A stretch of DNA of 64,000 nucleotides from Callorhinchus milii (lineage: Eukaryota). Below are positions 37,354 through 51,489 of this stretch, in pieces. Within the stretch, counting starts at the first letter, position 1. Each line of letters begins with the position of its first letter. Under the pieces are notes generated by a model, which was not told the origin of the DNA, ran no database searches, and saw only the letters and a list, made by a program, of their open reading frames with translations. The stretch lies in the NCBI RefSeq assembly GCF_018977255.1, contig NW_024704742.1:81160001-81224000 (forward strand). The letters run 5' to 3'. Position numbers and translations under genes: made by a program.

Positions 37354-40300
37354 TGGTCTTTGGGAACATGCTGCCTCTCACTGGCTTCAACCTCACTTTA
37401 CTAATCACATTTGCAGTACTGTGAACTGGGAGGGAATGTCTTTTCTATGCTCCTTTAATTCCTACCTTTAATGCTGAACTAACTGAGGTATCAAAACCAG
37501 GAGACAGGAAGTGGCTATAACACATTTTCAAGTTTCATTGAAATGTTATGGCACTTTACTAACACTGAGTGTCATTTAAAAAATTACCACTCGAAGAAGA
37601 TAGAAAATAGCCAAGTGGCATTTGCGAAAGGCAAAGACAACACTTGCAAACCTATGTAGTGCTGTAATCAAACAATCTGTGATTTTCTTTTTNCTCTCCT
37701 CCAATATTATCACACAACAGTGAATGTTGCTGAATGATATCTCTTATTATCACTTTCGTCATCCTGACACACATTTCCTTCCCTTTCTCCCTTCAATATT
37801 CTAAATTCCTATCCCTTGAAATTCTTGCCTTTCTTACTCACAAATTATTTTTATTACATGAGGTGCATATACATTTTAATCTCATTTTTCCTGCCACACC
37901 AACCAGCCTGGAGTTTGCAGCTCCCTTTAATGCTCTGTGAAGACGTACCTTAGGGTTTTAGATGCCCTGGTGCTAGTGCAGTGTCCTGGACCATGCACAA
38001 TTGCAGAGAATAGAAAGTAGCAAGACTTCCTAAAGAAACACTATAACTGCAACTGGTACTGTATAGAAATAAGCTAGTGTGCTGCCATGACTGGGCATTA
38101 TACTGTGTGGACTGCATCCACCATTCAGAAAACACTGAGCACATCCAGGTGTTCAGAATTCATTCCTATATTTCTTTATCAAACCGTTCTACAATTGATC
38201 TACACTGCCACTGCACATCTATGCAATAGGAAGTGTTGGTAAATCTTAGTAAATGTTTGCCATTTGTTGGTTTATTTGCTTTTATCTACAATGTTGGGAA
38301 TTGACTAGTTAGTTTTTTGAATTTTGCTTTTTTTGAAATGTCTGTTTTGATAGCATTCTTCAGTGAAGTCACTTAAACTTCCATTTTAAATTAATATAAG
38401 GGGAAGTTGGCTCTCCGTCAGTCGCAATTCCTCCCTTCGTCCTCCCTTTCCACCTCTCCCCCACTCTCCTCCCCTCACAGAATTACCATCTCTGCTTATC
38501 AATCTCACAGAGACAAATTTTGGGAGTTGGGGGAGGAGGAATCCAAAATTGACTGGGAATTTTCTGAACGTAATATGGAAAAAAATATAAAAAATCAATG
38601 AATATCTATCACTGAATCACTAATCATTCTTCCCATAGCTATGTTCCCCTGGAAATGCTCAGGCAGAATATGTTATTTGTTAACTCGTATGCAAACTCTC
38701 CAACTGCAATCGATGATTCTCTGGCCCCATATATATTAGAACAGTAACAGAAGGAATACTGGTTTTCAGGATACCAGATAGCTAAACATGAGCCAGATAC
38801 TGTCTTAGTGTGAAGACATTCATGTTTTCTATAAGAATAGTAAATTCTACTTTATGAAACTTTTTTGGGGTTACATTTCACAATTCATGAAGCAGCCTTG
38901 TGGAATTTGTGGGATTTATTACTTACCACCTGAAGGAAACAATATCCAACTTAAAAGTTTTAGTGCCTTGTTTTTTTCCAGCCTTGTTTGAACCTAACAG
39001 TGTGCAGTGCACTGCAGTGAATCCAGTGGCTAAGAGCAGTCAGAAAGGATGACTGTGATCATTTGACTGAAGCAGTACCTGCTGCTTGCCTGAGTCTGAT
39101 AGCTTGACGGCTGCTGTTTATCTGGTATCCTGTGCTGCTTGTTGGCCCTCCTCAAGCTCCCTCCCCATCCCAGTTCACTTGTGTTTGAATTGAGCAGGCT
39201 GTACACAAGTAAAAATGATCTCAGCCGTGTCTGAGAATGAAGTAACAGCAAGAATTTCTATGAGGCCTTTGAGTGACTGTGCCTACATTATTTTTCTTTT
39301 ACTTTTATTATTTTTCCCCCACCAGAGAAATGCATTTTTTTGCCAGACTTTGATTTTGTTAAGGGTGCCACTGTATTTTACTGTACAATGTGAGATTATA
39401 AAATTATTGCTCTCTCCTTAAACGACTGGGTATTTTCCCATCTTCGTCCTATATTTCAATTGTTAATAGGTGTGAACTTCCTACTTTGAAAAACAAATCC
39501 TGATTTTACTTCTTGACTTTTTTTTTCTGGAGCTTATTTACTTACACAAGCAAATGATTCTTCTCCTAAAGGGTGTCTTTGAAGTGACCATTTTGTATCT
39601 CGTTCTATCGAAGTTTGTATGATATTTCTACTCTTATTTCATTTTTTTTTTAAAAAAAGCACTGTATTCAGCAACTTAACATAGCTGTGGCTGTTTCTAG
39701 AAATTCAATGCGATGTGCAGTTATTGTCTTCTGTGCTTTCTTCCTTTTGTGTCAGTGCCAATGAGCTCTTTTACACTCACTTCGCCTTAATGCTGTGCAC
39801 TGCCCCTCACCAAAATACCCTTGCCCTGCCCACTGCAGGGATTTAGGAGGCAACTTTTGATTTACACAAAATGAGTGTCCTTTCCAATTAAGCACATGAT
39901 TAGTTTTGATTGTGTAACGATGTGTGTAATGTTGTTTTGTAAATTCTGAAGGCTTAATGTTTTAAAACAGAATTAGGCGATGCACAGAAAGTGGAGCAAA
40001 TCTCAATACACGGTGATCTTGGCAAGCACAAACAGGCAATGCCCGACAGGAATGCATGACACTCAATGCACACATAGGAGAACAAAAAAAACTCAAACGT
40101 TCTATTTTAGGAACAGAAATCCTCAAGAGTCCTCGGAAAGTCAGGACTACGTTTTTTTTTAAAAAAGCTCGCAGAAGGGCAACAGAGTCCTCACAACACG
40201 TCTACAAATAAAATCCTACTGAAGATGAATTTAAAAGACTCCTTCTTCCCACTTTTGCTTCTGCTACTAACCGAGCTCTCGCTGACCAAGAGCACATCTT

Positions 40301-41059
40301 GTTAAGATCAAGCCTGTTAAAGCTCAAAGAGACTCCCTTTGTCACCCTCAGAAAAAGCAGCATCACAAAGCGAGCACAGAGCACAATGCAATCGCTGACA
40401 TTGTGAACAATTGTATAGTTATCCCAGTTATCACTGGAAAGCATTGCACATTTCCTTTGATTTTCTCTAACCCACTTTAGTATTAGCTCAAGCCTCCTAT
40501 TTAATGGCTTTGAATCACTAATTTGATGTACTGTTATACAGCTGACTGATAAGGATTTCACCTCTGAAATGTTTCGTCATTCAACCTAGTGGACTTATGC
40601 TTAATACAGGCAAGATTCTTGCACCAAAATGGCTATCATAGAGCAGGTAGCTTTGCTTGGTTATCAGCCACTTAGTATCCGGTGTCTGGTGTTTTCTAGG
40701 AGATAGCAATCAGACACAGTTGATGATCACAAGTGGCAAATTACTGTAGATTTAGAGCAGGTTATCCTTTATTTCTCATCAGTTTAATACAGGTTCACAG
40801 ATTTAAAAACAGGTTTTACCATCACAATACTTTGAAGCATTGAACCCCAACAAAGTAACTATTGGCTAAAGCACAAGTTCCCAACTAAAGCACAGGCACC
40901 TCAATAATATTTCATCTTAACCCTACTGACTTTCAGATGTGTGTCCCCTACAGTGATGTACAGCCATTCTTCAGAGGGTCATTTATGCATGAGAAGATGT
41001 CTTTAATACCACAATGCTGGAAACATGAAAAACATTATATATAATGAAAGTAGCTGAGA

Positions 41060-41925
41060 TGGAAGACTTTAGAGGGAAGGATCTTGGTCAGGCAAATCTC
41101 ATAAACTCCACAGTTTGACTCTGCAAAGCCATATGAGAGTGTACTCTACAGTAGCTGAAACAAATGAAGATATTGAGCTGAGTCCCAGGACCTATCTTGA
41201 TCTTTATATATTTTATAATTACATGGGTTTCCAGATTTATTGCAAGGTAGATAACGTTTGGAGGTAACACCAAGTTAAGGGCAGCTAAGATCTTACAAAG
41301 AGAGTTCAATAGGATGTGTAATCTTGGGTGATCACAAACAAAATGAAGTTCAATACAGAGGAATACAAGGTTCAGCATACAGGAAGTAAAATAGAAGGGA
41401 CACATTCTCTGTGGATGGGAAAAAACTTGCTAAGGGGAGGCTGAAAGAGATTTAGGGGTGTTAGATTGCTCACCTTGTTATAAAAGTGTAGATGAGAGCA
41501 ATGAGATTAAACCCCAATATTAGAGGGATAAGAAAAGAGAAAGTTTAGATAAAATAGACTAGATATAGGTTTTGGAAGTTGAAAAGCCATTTCTCACAGA
41601 GGCCTTACAGAAGCATACAAAATGTTAAATGGAATTGGGAACGTAAATTCAGAATAGTACTTCCAGATATGCCATGGCAAGAGAACAAGGGGGCACAGGT
41701 TCAGGGCTATGGAGGGCAATTTCAGGATGAAAACTGGGAAGTATTTTTACACTGAAGGAACTAATGACTGAACCAGATTATGAAGAAGATTGGTTGAGGC
41801 TGAGAGTTCAACTCATTTAAGGAACAGTTTGATGCTGTGCTGGAAAGTACAATTAGAGTGGGTATTCTGGAAGGATGAGATCAAATGAGCCAAAGGGCCT
41901 TCTTCGTCGCAGTTGTGATCTATGA
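41060..41925 (+). mobile_element. Degenerate CR1 LINE 3' fragment
   Basis: MKFN and ERDLGV-like remnants; tail homologous to 14541-14597. Confidence 0.7.
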
Positions 41926-42179
41926 CCTACTGTTGATTCAGTAAAGGAACATCCTAAAATGTATCTAATGGCCTAACATGGCCTAGATTATATTGCCCTA
42001 AGATCAAGGAGTGCAGGAAAGGGCGAAAATACGGAAATTAATTCATTCTAGTTCTAAAAATTAATAATACTGGCATTTCACAGCAATCATGTGAAAAGCA
42101 ACTGCCTCACATGGAGAACCTAGAAAGTGTCTTTATGCTTTAAATATTTTGCTATTTTACTGCCTAAGTTTAGATTTGC

Positions 42180-42520
42180 CAGAGCATATCACTCACTCAA
42201 TAAGCGAGTGGAGCCACGTTCAATTCCTAGGCGGGGCAAACTCTTAGGCAAGTTTCCTTACTCCACACACCTCTGTTTACCTAGCAGTAAGTAGGGAACT
42301 GGTTGTTGATGATTGGCAGATCATTTTCCGGGGATAATAATTCCTCAAAAAAAATTTGGTCACTCAATCCACAACTGTTTGTGGGACACTGTTGGGGCAT
42401 TTGACTGCTGTGTTTTGCCCACAAAATACAGTCAATCTACTTTACAGTATATTCTGTGAAACACTTTGAGACGTCTCAACAATGTGATAAGGCGCTATAT
42501 CAAAATGGATGGATTTTTAT
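42180..42520 (+). mobile_element. tRNA-derived SINE, long variant
   Basis: B-box GTTCAATTCC, internal GTTTACCTAGCAGTAAGTAGG segment, core and tail. Confidence 0.82.
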
Positions 42521-43224
42521 TTAACTGCTCTGAGGTAAATTATTATGTTTAGGTGTGTGGCAAGGTGATATTTGAAATGGACAACCTTTTACACGCGTTT
42601 CATCTATGTCATTCTGACCCACAAATGGAAAGGGCAGTGTTCAGAGGGGGTACACAACATGATTAATTAAACTATCAGAATAAATGAGGCATTAGGGCAC
42701 TTTCTGTAATCCCAAGTGAAGTATGCAGTCCTTGACACAAATGGTCAGGATTCTCTGCAAAATCTTTTTGAGTTTAGTTTTTCCCCATTGAAACAACATG
42801 GAATGAAATTAGGTACTGTTCCTTGACACACGTCTGTGGAATACATTTCTTCATTGAGGTAAAAAATGTACATGAGGTGGTCCTAGACCTGTGAAATAGA
42901 GAGAGGCACATTCCTTCCAGATTTTGAGTCTTTAGGTCCTGAAAGCATTCATCCCATCTGCTTCTGCTGGCCTTACTAACCGTGTCACGTGTGCTCCTCT
43001 TCAGCACTCTGTGCGCATTGACTCCGAGATGTTCATTTAAAGGGGGAGTGTCGCTTGATAAATTGTCTTGCAAAGACACATTGCAAGAGTCATTAGAAGT
43101 GTCATGCACAGTGATCTCATAGCATTACCAATCACATTGCATCTTTTTAAAATTTTGAATACTCAAACCAATAATGTGAAAACACACTTTAGTTCCTGCA
43201 GCACCATTAAGAATGCCTGGCAGC

Positions 43225-43520
43225 TAATAACAACAATAAATTACATTTGTATTGCTTCTTTCATGTTGGGAGGATTTCACAAGGCGCTGGACATTCAGGG
43301 ATGTGGACACGAGCTGGGGGTTGGGATTAGGAAGGGTGGAGGGTAGGAATAGGAGGGTGATCAAGGATGCAGTTGAAGAAGAGGGTCTTGAGTTGGGCTT
43401 TGAAAGAGGCAAAGGAGGGAGCAAGGTGTAGGGACCTTGGGATGGAGTTCCAAAGGGTGGGGCAGAGAGAAGCTGAAGGCCTGACCAATGATGGAGCCCG
43501 CTGAATGGAGGGAGTGGTCA
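43225..43520 (-). mobile_element. L2 3' fragment
   Basis: Similar to 27888-28200. Confidence 0.8.
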
Positions 43521-45890
43521 GATCTATATCTTTAATGGGTCACATATACTGTGGCATTTGAGAGGCATCTCCTCAGATAGCAAATTCCTGGGTCTGCCGT
43601 GGTCTAAGCCTGGCTAGCAACTCCCCACTGAGGAGTCAAGGCCCTTTAATGTTTCCTCAACTGACCTTCTCATTGCCTTGATCCTGTGCTTGAGATTGTT
43701 GGTGGAAATTATACAGACATGAAAAACAAGTAGAACCAGTGTCAAATGCAACAAAAAAAGCAAATCTAAAATGCTGAAGAAATGTGTTGTATTTTTTAAA
43801 ATATCTATTAAATCATCTTATTAGATCGATATCAGAAATTATCCAATTTTTACAAAGCTAGCTTTCTGGTACTCAAAACACTTATCACCAAATAATTGGA
43901 ATGTAAGAAGTTTCTAAATGTTCAGAACACAAATCTTTTGGGTGTTTTTCTATTCGAGAGCCCCATTAGGAAGTGATGAATTGAATAGTTTAAAAGCTTC
44001 TCTTAGATCCCTTAATTCATTTGCACTGTCATTGAACAGCAGAAATTCAGACTGAAAGGCCATTTCACCTGTACTAATAATACTAATAATAATCATAACA
44101 ATAATCCATAATCATTGCATTTGATATACACAGTAGCACCTTTCATGGCAGGGGGACATCTCAAAGTGCTTCACTGGATTTACTGTAAAGTCTAATGACT
44201 GAGTATTTTGTAGATGAACAATAGAGATAATCAGAAAGAATCACTGCCCACATTGAAAACACAGGAATGATCCTAGCATTGTGTGAGCTGACTAGCAGAT
44301 AGCTAACCGAGGCTTTCATTTGTAATGCTCATCTTCTGTTACACTCATCAGTGCATAAGATAACTTTCAATACCTTGCTCACTTTCACTCTGATAGAATC
44401 ACACTGCTATGATTTCAGTAAACATAATAGAACAATTAATAGCAAGAGTTACTTGTACAATTGTCTTAGAAACTAAATAAAACTGGAGTGAATGCTAAGT
44501 TTCCACAATGGTCCATTATTTGGGGTTTTTTGCAAGTTGTCCAAACTCGCAGATGTGAAATAACATCTGCCTAACCTTGATTTTTTTTTCAAAGGTTTTT
44601 ATCTACAAATAATTATGATATTGGGATCAAGGGTGACTTTTCACTGAGTTTTATAAATTCAGAACAAAAAAAAATGAATTAAATGATACTGTTAAATCTG
44701 TACGTCTCAAGAGGCTGCCTGAGAACAGACTCAAGCATGAGCTAAAAGTAACACTTGGTCCTGTGGTAACATCTTAATTTCATTTTTATAATTTACATTT
44801 TTTTTTAAAAATCACGAGGGCCAGCTTTCACCAGTTGCTCCTCAAATACAAAAAAAATTAAATGAGGTAATGCGATTCTCATGAAGCGAGTTTCCAACAT
44901 TCCGAATCATTTAAAAGATAAAGTAAAACTAACTTGAGAGACGGTGAAAGAGTCTCACTAGTTTGCCACAATGTCAGGGTTCTGCAGTATCCCCCCCATA
45001 TTGCAGAGAGTCAATCTTAAATCTGCTTCACATTTCATAATTATTCACATTGTCATACTGATATAGAGTCTTTATAAACCAAACTCCAACTAAATGTATA
45101 AGTGTAGAACTCTGATTAGGATTATTTTGTTTGACCAATATTTAGTACAACGTGAATTCTTAGATAAGAAAGTTCCTCTTTTACCAGACGATAATGTATG
45201 ATTCACATTAGTAGTTGATTTATAGTTTTTGTTCAAGAGTATGGTTTTCTGTCTGTGAAGTACTGGTCATTGTTGTTTGGTATCCGTTCATCTATATTTG
45301 AGTTAGAGATTTTATGGAATTATTTGTTCCTGTAGATGGCAATGGTAGAGTGTAAGAATAGTCTGTCTGTGGCCATTTCATATCCCAATTCATCTTCTTA
45401 AACAAGCAACCCGAAGCATAAGATAGCAGAATGGATGGTATCCCTAGTGCAATGTCTTCAAAGTCTTTATGTTTCCAGCGACTATCAAGGTTAGATTTGT
45501 GAGACCCCAAATTATCTCAGACTGCACCCTTTTATTACATTACCTCTTCATACTCCAAAATAAAATTTGCCAAAGCATGAATAGACAATTGTGAGGGAGT
45601 ATTCTCCTGTGTTCCTTAGAAATAAAGTTGAAGTTAATAATATGTAGGATTGATTTGGATCATTTTGAACTTCAGCCAATATGTACAGACCAAAACAAAA
45701 ACACATGCCATGTCTAAACACGTGTAAAAGAGCTCAGTGATTGGCATTGGTGCTGTGCTAACACTGATTAAGACTTGCTGGGTTTTCTGCTGAATTTTGT
45801 AACCTGAAGTGTACTTGGACTGTACTGTTCTGTTAAACTGCCACTGGCCAAGCTGTAACTCCGGCTTCTCTTCTGTACAGAATTAATATG

Positions 45891-45896
45891 AATAAA
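45891..45896 (+). terminator. Candidate distal polyadenylation signal
   Basis: AATAAA preceded by TGTA elements (ctgtaac, ctgtacag) and followed by a T-rich tract (tacttttctttctaactttc). Confidence 0.45.
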
Positions 45897-47346
45897 CTTG
45901 CTCTCCACTGTGTATACACCACGTCTCTGCTACTTTTCTTTCTAACTTTCACTTTATGAGACACTCCATAATTCCAGTAGAGCACATCACTTTGGTATCA
46001 CAACTGTCACTAAAAGGTTACTAACCCACTTTTCTGCTACTATGCTTTATTTTATGTAACTATTATCACTTGTTTTTAGACAGCGGCAACTTGGCATATA
46101 GCTGCTGCCCTAACAAATGACTGCCGCACTCAGCTTTCTGGGATATGCGTGTGCTTTTCCCCCTGGGTAGGAGAGAGTTGAGGCTGTGGTAGAATTGAAG
46201 CAAGATCAGGGCCTACTGAGCAGTCTGATAGCATAGCTTGCATTGCTGTGGCTGTGAGCACACATTCCAGCTAATAGCTGATGCTCGATCCAGCAGATGT
46301 GGGTTACGGAATGGGAATGTCCCATGCAGAAGTAGAGATTCTCCCATCAGGGGAGGTGGAATGGAGGGGAGAGAAAATTATAACGTTATCCTTTAGTCTC
46401 TCAGCAAGTGTGTTCAATATTAGACCATGTGTCACTGAAGAGCTCGCAATGTGTGTCTATGTCTTCCTAGCTTTGAGGAGATGGCAGACAAATGAGTCTT
46501 CAAGAGAAGCGAAATCATGCAGGAGTAGTAAACAAATAGTAAAGAGTTGTCTCTTGCTCTAGAGTTATGACTGTTGTTTTCTATATTGCAGGCAGATTAG
46601 TTGTCTCTAACAACTAAACTATTTAGTTGTCTCTACAGGTTGACTAATTGTTTCCTGTGCTTCAGGTAGACTATAGTTGTTTCCAATACGACAAATAGAT
46701 TGGTTGTCTTCTATACTAAAAACGGTCAAGCTCATCTTCCTGCCATTCACGTTATGAGACCAATCAGTCCTCACCTGATAATCAGGAGAGATATCCTGCT
46801 TAAGAAGAACAGGGAGCATTAGGTGACCAGCTCCGAGGCCTCTGTCTATGCTGCTCTAACCTCGTGGCCAGGATGTACCCACAGATAACCTTCCCAATTA
46901 ATTTCCTGCCTCTTTATATTTCTCCACTTAAAGCCACCACACAACTGCAACTCAGTGCAGTGGGAAAGCAACTTGCATCTCAACACAATCCATGCATGTT
47001 TAATGATCTTTCTCCTATTCACATGCTTCAGCATGTCCCAAATACACAGCCTCATCTTCTTTAATTATAATGTAAAGGAAGTAATGTACCCCTGAAATGT
47101 GAAATGTAACACCCATTCATCATGTACTTGGATGCCTGGTCAATGGGTGTCCTTTATCCACAAGGCACATAAACCAGATGGAAACTACAATGGAATCTTA
47201 AAGGAAACAATAGTTCACTGTACCTGAAGAACAAAGAATCATGAAAATTATCTAAGTTAGTGAGATAGGAATCTGGAAACTATAGGCCAGTTGGGAAAAC
47301 ATCTGCAAACGGAAAATGGTTCAGAGTATTATCCGAGTTGCCTTCA

Positions 47347-47700
47347 GCAACAACAGCTTGCAATTATATAGCGCCCCTTCCCCAGGGTAGCTTCCCAGAG
47401 TGCTTGACATTGGCAGAGCATGAATCCGAGCCAGGGGAAGGGGGAAGTGGCCGTAGGCATGGTTGAATAAGAAGTTCTTCAGGTACAATCTGAAACTGGG
47501 GAAGGAAGGGGCAAGGTGGAGGGATAGAGGAAGAGTGCTCCAGAGTTTTGGAGCCTAGTGGCTGAAAGAGCGGCCACCATTGGTGGAATTGAGTGCACGA
47601 GGGACATGCAGAAGGCTGGAGCCAGTTGAGAGGAGGCAGTAGGTTATGGGTTGGGGAGTAAGCAGGTTGGGGAGGTAGGGCGATGCCAGGGCATAAAGGA
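47347..47700 (-). mobile_element. L2 3' fragment, older subfamily
   Basis: Tail CAACAACAGCTTGCAATTATATAGCGCC, G-rich body, similar to 54277-54540. Confidence 0.75.
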
Positions 47701-48373
47701 CCCAGTAATAAATTGTAAGTCATCATCAAGGATTTAGATGTCATAGACTACGTCCCACAAATCTACTAGAATTCTTTGAGGCAATTAAGATTTGGGTTAT
47801 GCTTCAAATATTGGTGTAAAATTCCACTGTACATATACATACATTACTTGAACGAAAAAGAGAGAAATCCCAGTTTGTCAGTATTCTGTAGTTAATGGGC
47901 TTTCAGTGTGAATAAATATAAAGATTATTGGAGCAGGAACTATAAAACTCAAGTACATGATGAATGGGTGTCCATTAGCAAAGGTGGAAAAGGAAAGGAA
48001 AAGGAATCGGGTGTGATTATTGGCCATTCAGTGGAGGTCTCCGGTCGATGTGAAGCTTACTAAATTAAGTAGAAGTTCTGGTATAAATATCAAGGTAATT
48101 TTAGTCCTGTGAAATTCATTGAGAAGGCCACATTTGTTAGAACAATCCGCCCAGTTCTGGGCACTTTGTTTCAAAAACAACACTTGTATGTTGGAGATGG
48201 ATTCAGACTAAAGCAACTGGCAGTGATTCTGGAAATTGGGGCAGACACCGAGTTATGAAGTTACATTATCTAGGCCAATGTTCCCCAAGCCAGCATTGGA
48301 CTTGCATTCAAGGGCTGATACTTTGGATACTATCTTAATTCTCTTAATCTATCTTAAATATCTCAATTATCAT

Positions 48374-49055
48374 GGAGTACCTTAGCGAGCAGTTAGTGCT
48401 CTCGTCTCACAATGGAGAGGACCCGGGTTTGATTCCCTGGCGGGGTGAAACCTGAGGAAAGTTTCCTTACTGCATAAGATTCGGTTTACCTAGCAGTAAG
48501 TAGGAACCTGGTTGTTGGCTAATGGGGAGATCATTTTCTGGAGGTTATAATCCCTCAAAAAGGAATTGCACCACTCAATCCACGACTGTTTATATAATAT
48601 AATAATCCTTGCATTTGATATAGCGCTTTTCACATCTTCTGGATGTCTCAAAGTGCTTCACAGAATATAGTGTAAAATGAATTGACTATATATTTGTGGG
48701 CAAAACACAGCAGCCAATTGTGCACAGCAGTGTCCCACAAACAGTTGTGCATTGAGTGACCAAATTATTTTTTTTTTTGAGGAATTATTATCAGGAGTGT
48801 GGAGTAAGGAAACTTGCCCAAGGTTTCGCCCTGCCGGCAATCGAACCCAGGTCTCTCACTTCCAAGGCGAATGCTCTAACCATTGAGCTTCAGGACTTCA
48901 ACCACTGTGCTACAGTACTCCAGGACTGTTTATGGGATACTGCTGTGCACAATTTGCTGCCACGTTTCGCCCACTAAGTACACAGTCAATCCACTTTACA
49001 AATATTCTGTGAAATACTTTAAGACAACTGAAGGACTATATCAAATGCAATTATT
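48374..49055. mobile_element. Long-variant SINE (+) with a short-variant SINE (-, 48594-48923) inserted inside it
   Basis: TSD GACTGTTTAT at 48584-48593 and 48924-48933; the host resumes GGGATACTGCTGTGCAC. Confidence 0.88.
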
Positions 49056-50359
49056 AATTGAAGTGAAGAAAATAGATCTATACCAGTATTCTGGGAACTA
49101 GCACTTACACCCATTGCCTGAACATTCACCTAGCAGAATGTTCTGTGATGTGAATAATTATCCTATTGACTGAAAATGCAGAGCCGTCAATAGTTACCAT
49201 TTGCCTCAGCGTGAATCCCTTTCCTCTCCAACCCCAGTGATAATATCACATGCCACATTTGTCATCCTTCTAATATTGTGGAGGTAAAATTGTGATATTC
49301 CTAAACACATTCTATCCCTTAATTAGGAAACAGTTTATTAACTGGTCAAAAATTGGGATCTAAGCCTGTTGAGCTAATGACAGAATTGGGAGGCAACCCT
49401 CCCAAACTTTAGCACCGAGGTTTGGTCTAAAGTCTTGATTGAAATATTTTGTGCCACCATTTTGTATTACCATTTAGTTCCGATTCTTTGACACCTCACT
49501 TGGATACAATGATTGGGGTCCAAAGATCCAATGTTATTTGCGCCATTTCTGATGACTGCCAACACGTTTCAGTGCACCTGAAAATAGGCTGTCAGATTAA
49601 CTGATCCACTGTCTGGAAAGCAGTGCTCAAATGCTTGCTCCGGGTTGAGAAACAGAATTGGGTACAGAAATCCAAAATGGCGACAAAAGCATTTTGAAAA
49701 GAGGCTTCGGACTAAATATTGTGCTGAAATCAGGGAGGAAGAGGTGTTGTTTACTCCCAAATGTACGATTCTAAGCTAACTTCTGGAACTCCCTCCCTCT
49801 ACCGATCTGTTTGCACCCACCCCACCATCCTTATCAGTCTTCAAGTCTCACCTGAAAACCTACCTCTTCAATTACACCTATGGTCATCTCCCCCTCCCTC
49901 TCCCCTCCTCCGTACTTGGTGTCCATCGTCCACTGTAAAGCGCTTCAAGAAAATATTCTATGTGAAGGGCACTACATAAATACAATGCTCTCCCACTATT
50001 GGAATCTCCACACATTAGACCATAGTTTAATGTCAGATCTCGACATGAATTGCAGCCTTGTCCTGCATACTTTATCAACAAGAAAGACTTTCCAAACGTT
50101 GTCAGAGAGAAAGTATCCGTTTAACACTTCAGTGCCTCATAATTGTTTTCAGACAGAGGAAAAACACTGAAAATCCCACGGAGGAAATAAATTCTCTGAG
50201 TCTGTGTGTTTGGAATTCATTCCAATCTTTCCTTTTCCATAACTCTGCCGAAACAGGTCAAGTCCAGAGACCTCTCTCAAGGTCTGGCAGGGTTGTTTCA
50301 TAATTGGCCCCATTGGGAGTTGGGTTCCTCTGGGTGACTTTTGCTCTGAGGTTCCCCAG

Positions 50360-50773
50360 TTTCTGTAGCTCAGTGGTTAGAGCACTTGCCTTGCAAGCGA
50401 GAGGCCTGAGTTTGATTCCCGACAGGGCAAAATGTTAGGCAAGTTTCCTTACTCCACATGCCTCTGTTCACCTAGCAATAAGTAGGAAACCAGTTGTTAG
50501 TTGATTGACGGAGTGCTTTTCCAGGGATAATAATTCCTTAAAAAAAAAATTGGTCAATTAACCCACGACTATTTGTGTGACACTGCTGTGCGCAATTGGC
50601 TGCCGCTTTTCATCCACAAAATATACAGTCAATTCACTTTACAGTATATTCTATGAAGCACTTTGAGACATCTCGAAGACGTGATGAAGCACTATATCAA
50701 ATGCAAGGATTAATAATAAAAGCCCTTGTATTTGATATAGTGCTTTTCACGTCTTCTAGACATTATTATTATT
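50360..50773 (+). mobile_element. tRNA-derived SINE, long variant, full length, with an inverted tail fragment
   Basis: CTGTAGCTCAGTGGTTAGAGCAC head through (TAA/TTA) tail. Confidence 0.88.
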
Positions 50774-51489
50774 CCTGTGTGAAGCTGCTGGATTCCACTT
50801 GCTGTCTCGCCACATGGTTGAGATTAGCAACCTTGGAGTGTAACGTGCAGTATTCCTGAATGGGAATTCCTTACTAAGGAATCATGAAAAAAATGACCAT
50901 CAGAAGTTGATTGGGTCGGAACAGAATTCCCACTGGTCAGCAAGACACACATGTGATTTCTACACAGGAAGGGGTCTTCATTTGTGTGACTCAGTTTCCA
51001 ATTGGGAAATACAACAATCTAGACCTCACCTTGTGAACTGGCACACTATAACCCTGAACATCCTTGGGGGCTACCAGTACTTGACCCATTGAGAATAAAT
51101 AGCAGTAAGTCCGAGATTTATTTACTTGCACTCTTGAACTCTGTTCCTGCTGACTTGGTTCAGCAATAGTCTGGCATGAGCAATTTAGTTCTGGAAGAAA
51201 AAAATGTTAAAGAAGCGGGAGAATGAAACCTTTTTTCTCAAGCCTCCATTAAGCATCTTTACACCATTTCTCTCTTTATTCTTTATTAATTAAGGGGTAT
51301 ACAGTTTTGTGGAGGCTGTGTTGGGATATTGAATGTTCATCGATCCAGCACAACAGTCCAAAGTCATCTCCTTTATTCCTAGCTGAGAATTTTTAAAAAC
51401 TCAGAATTGGAACTGATTGATTTTTAAAACAATCCAATTACTGATGGGATTTCATATACTGAATCCAAATATAAGAAATGTACTGGTAC

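Larger units (their letters stand above)
37354..45915 (+). other. PALM2: Probable long PALM2 3' UTR, end uncertain
   Basis: AU-rich and repeat-poor at about 37.4-41 kb and 44.3-45.9 kb; AATAAA at 40207, 42679, 44476, 45559, 45621 and 45891. Confidence 0.45.

Noticed and set aside
36013..37693. Two single N bases (36013 and 37693)
   Set aside because: Both follow T homopolymers; assembly ambiguities, not biology
46540..46715. CRISPR-like repeat-spacer appearance
   Set aside because: Eukaryotic context, roughly 10-bp degenerate cores, irregular spacing and no cas genes
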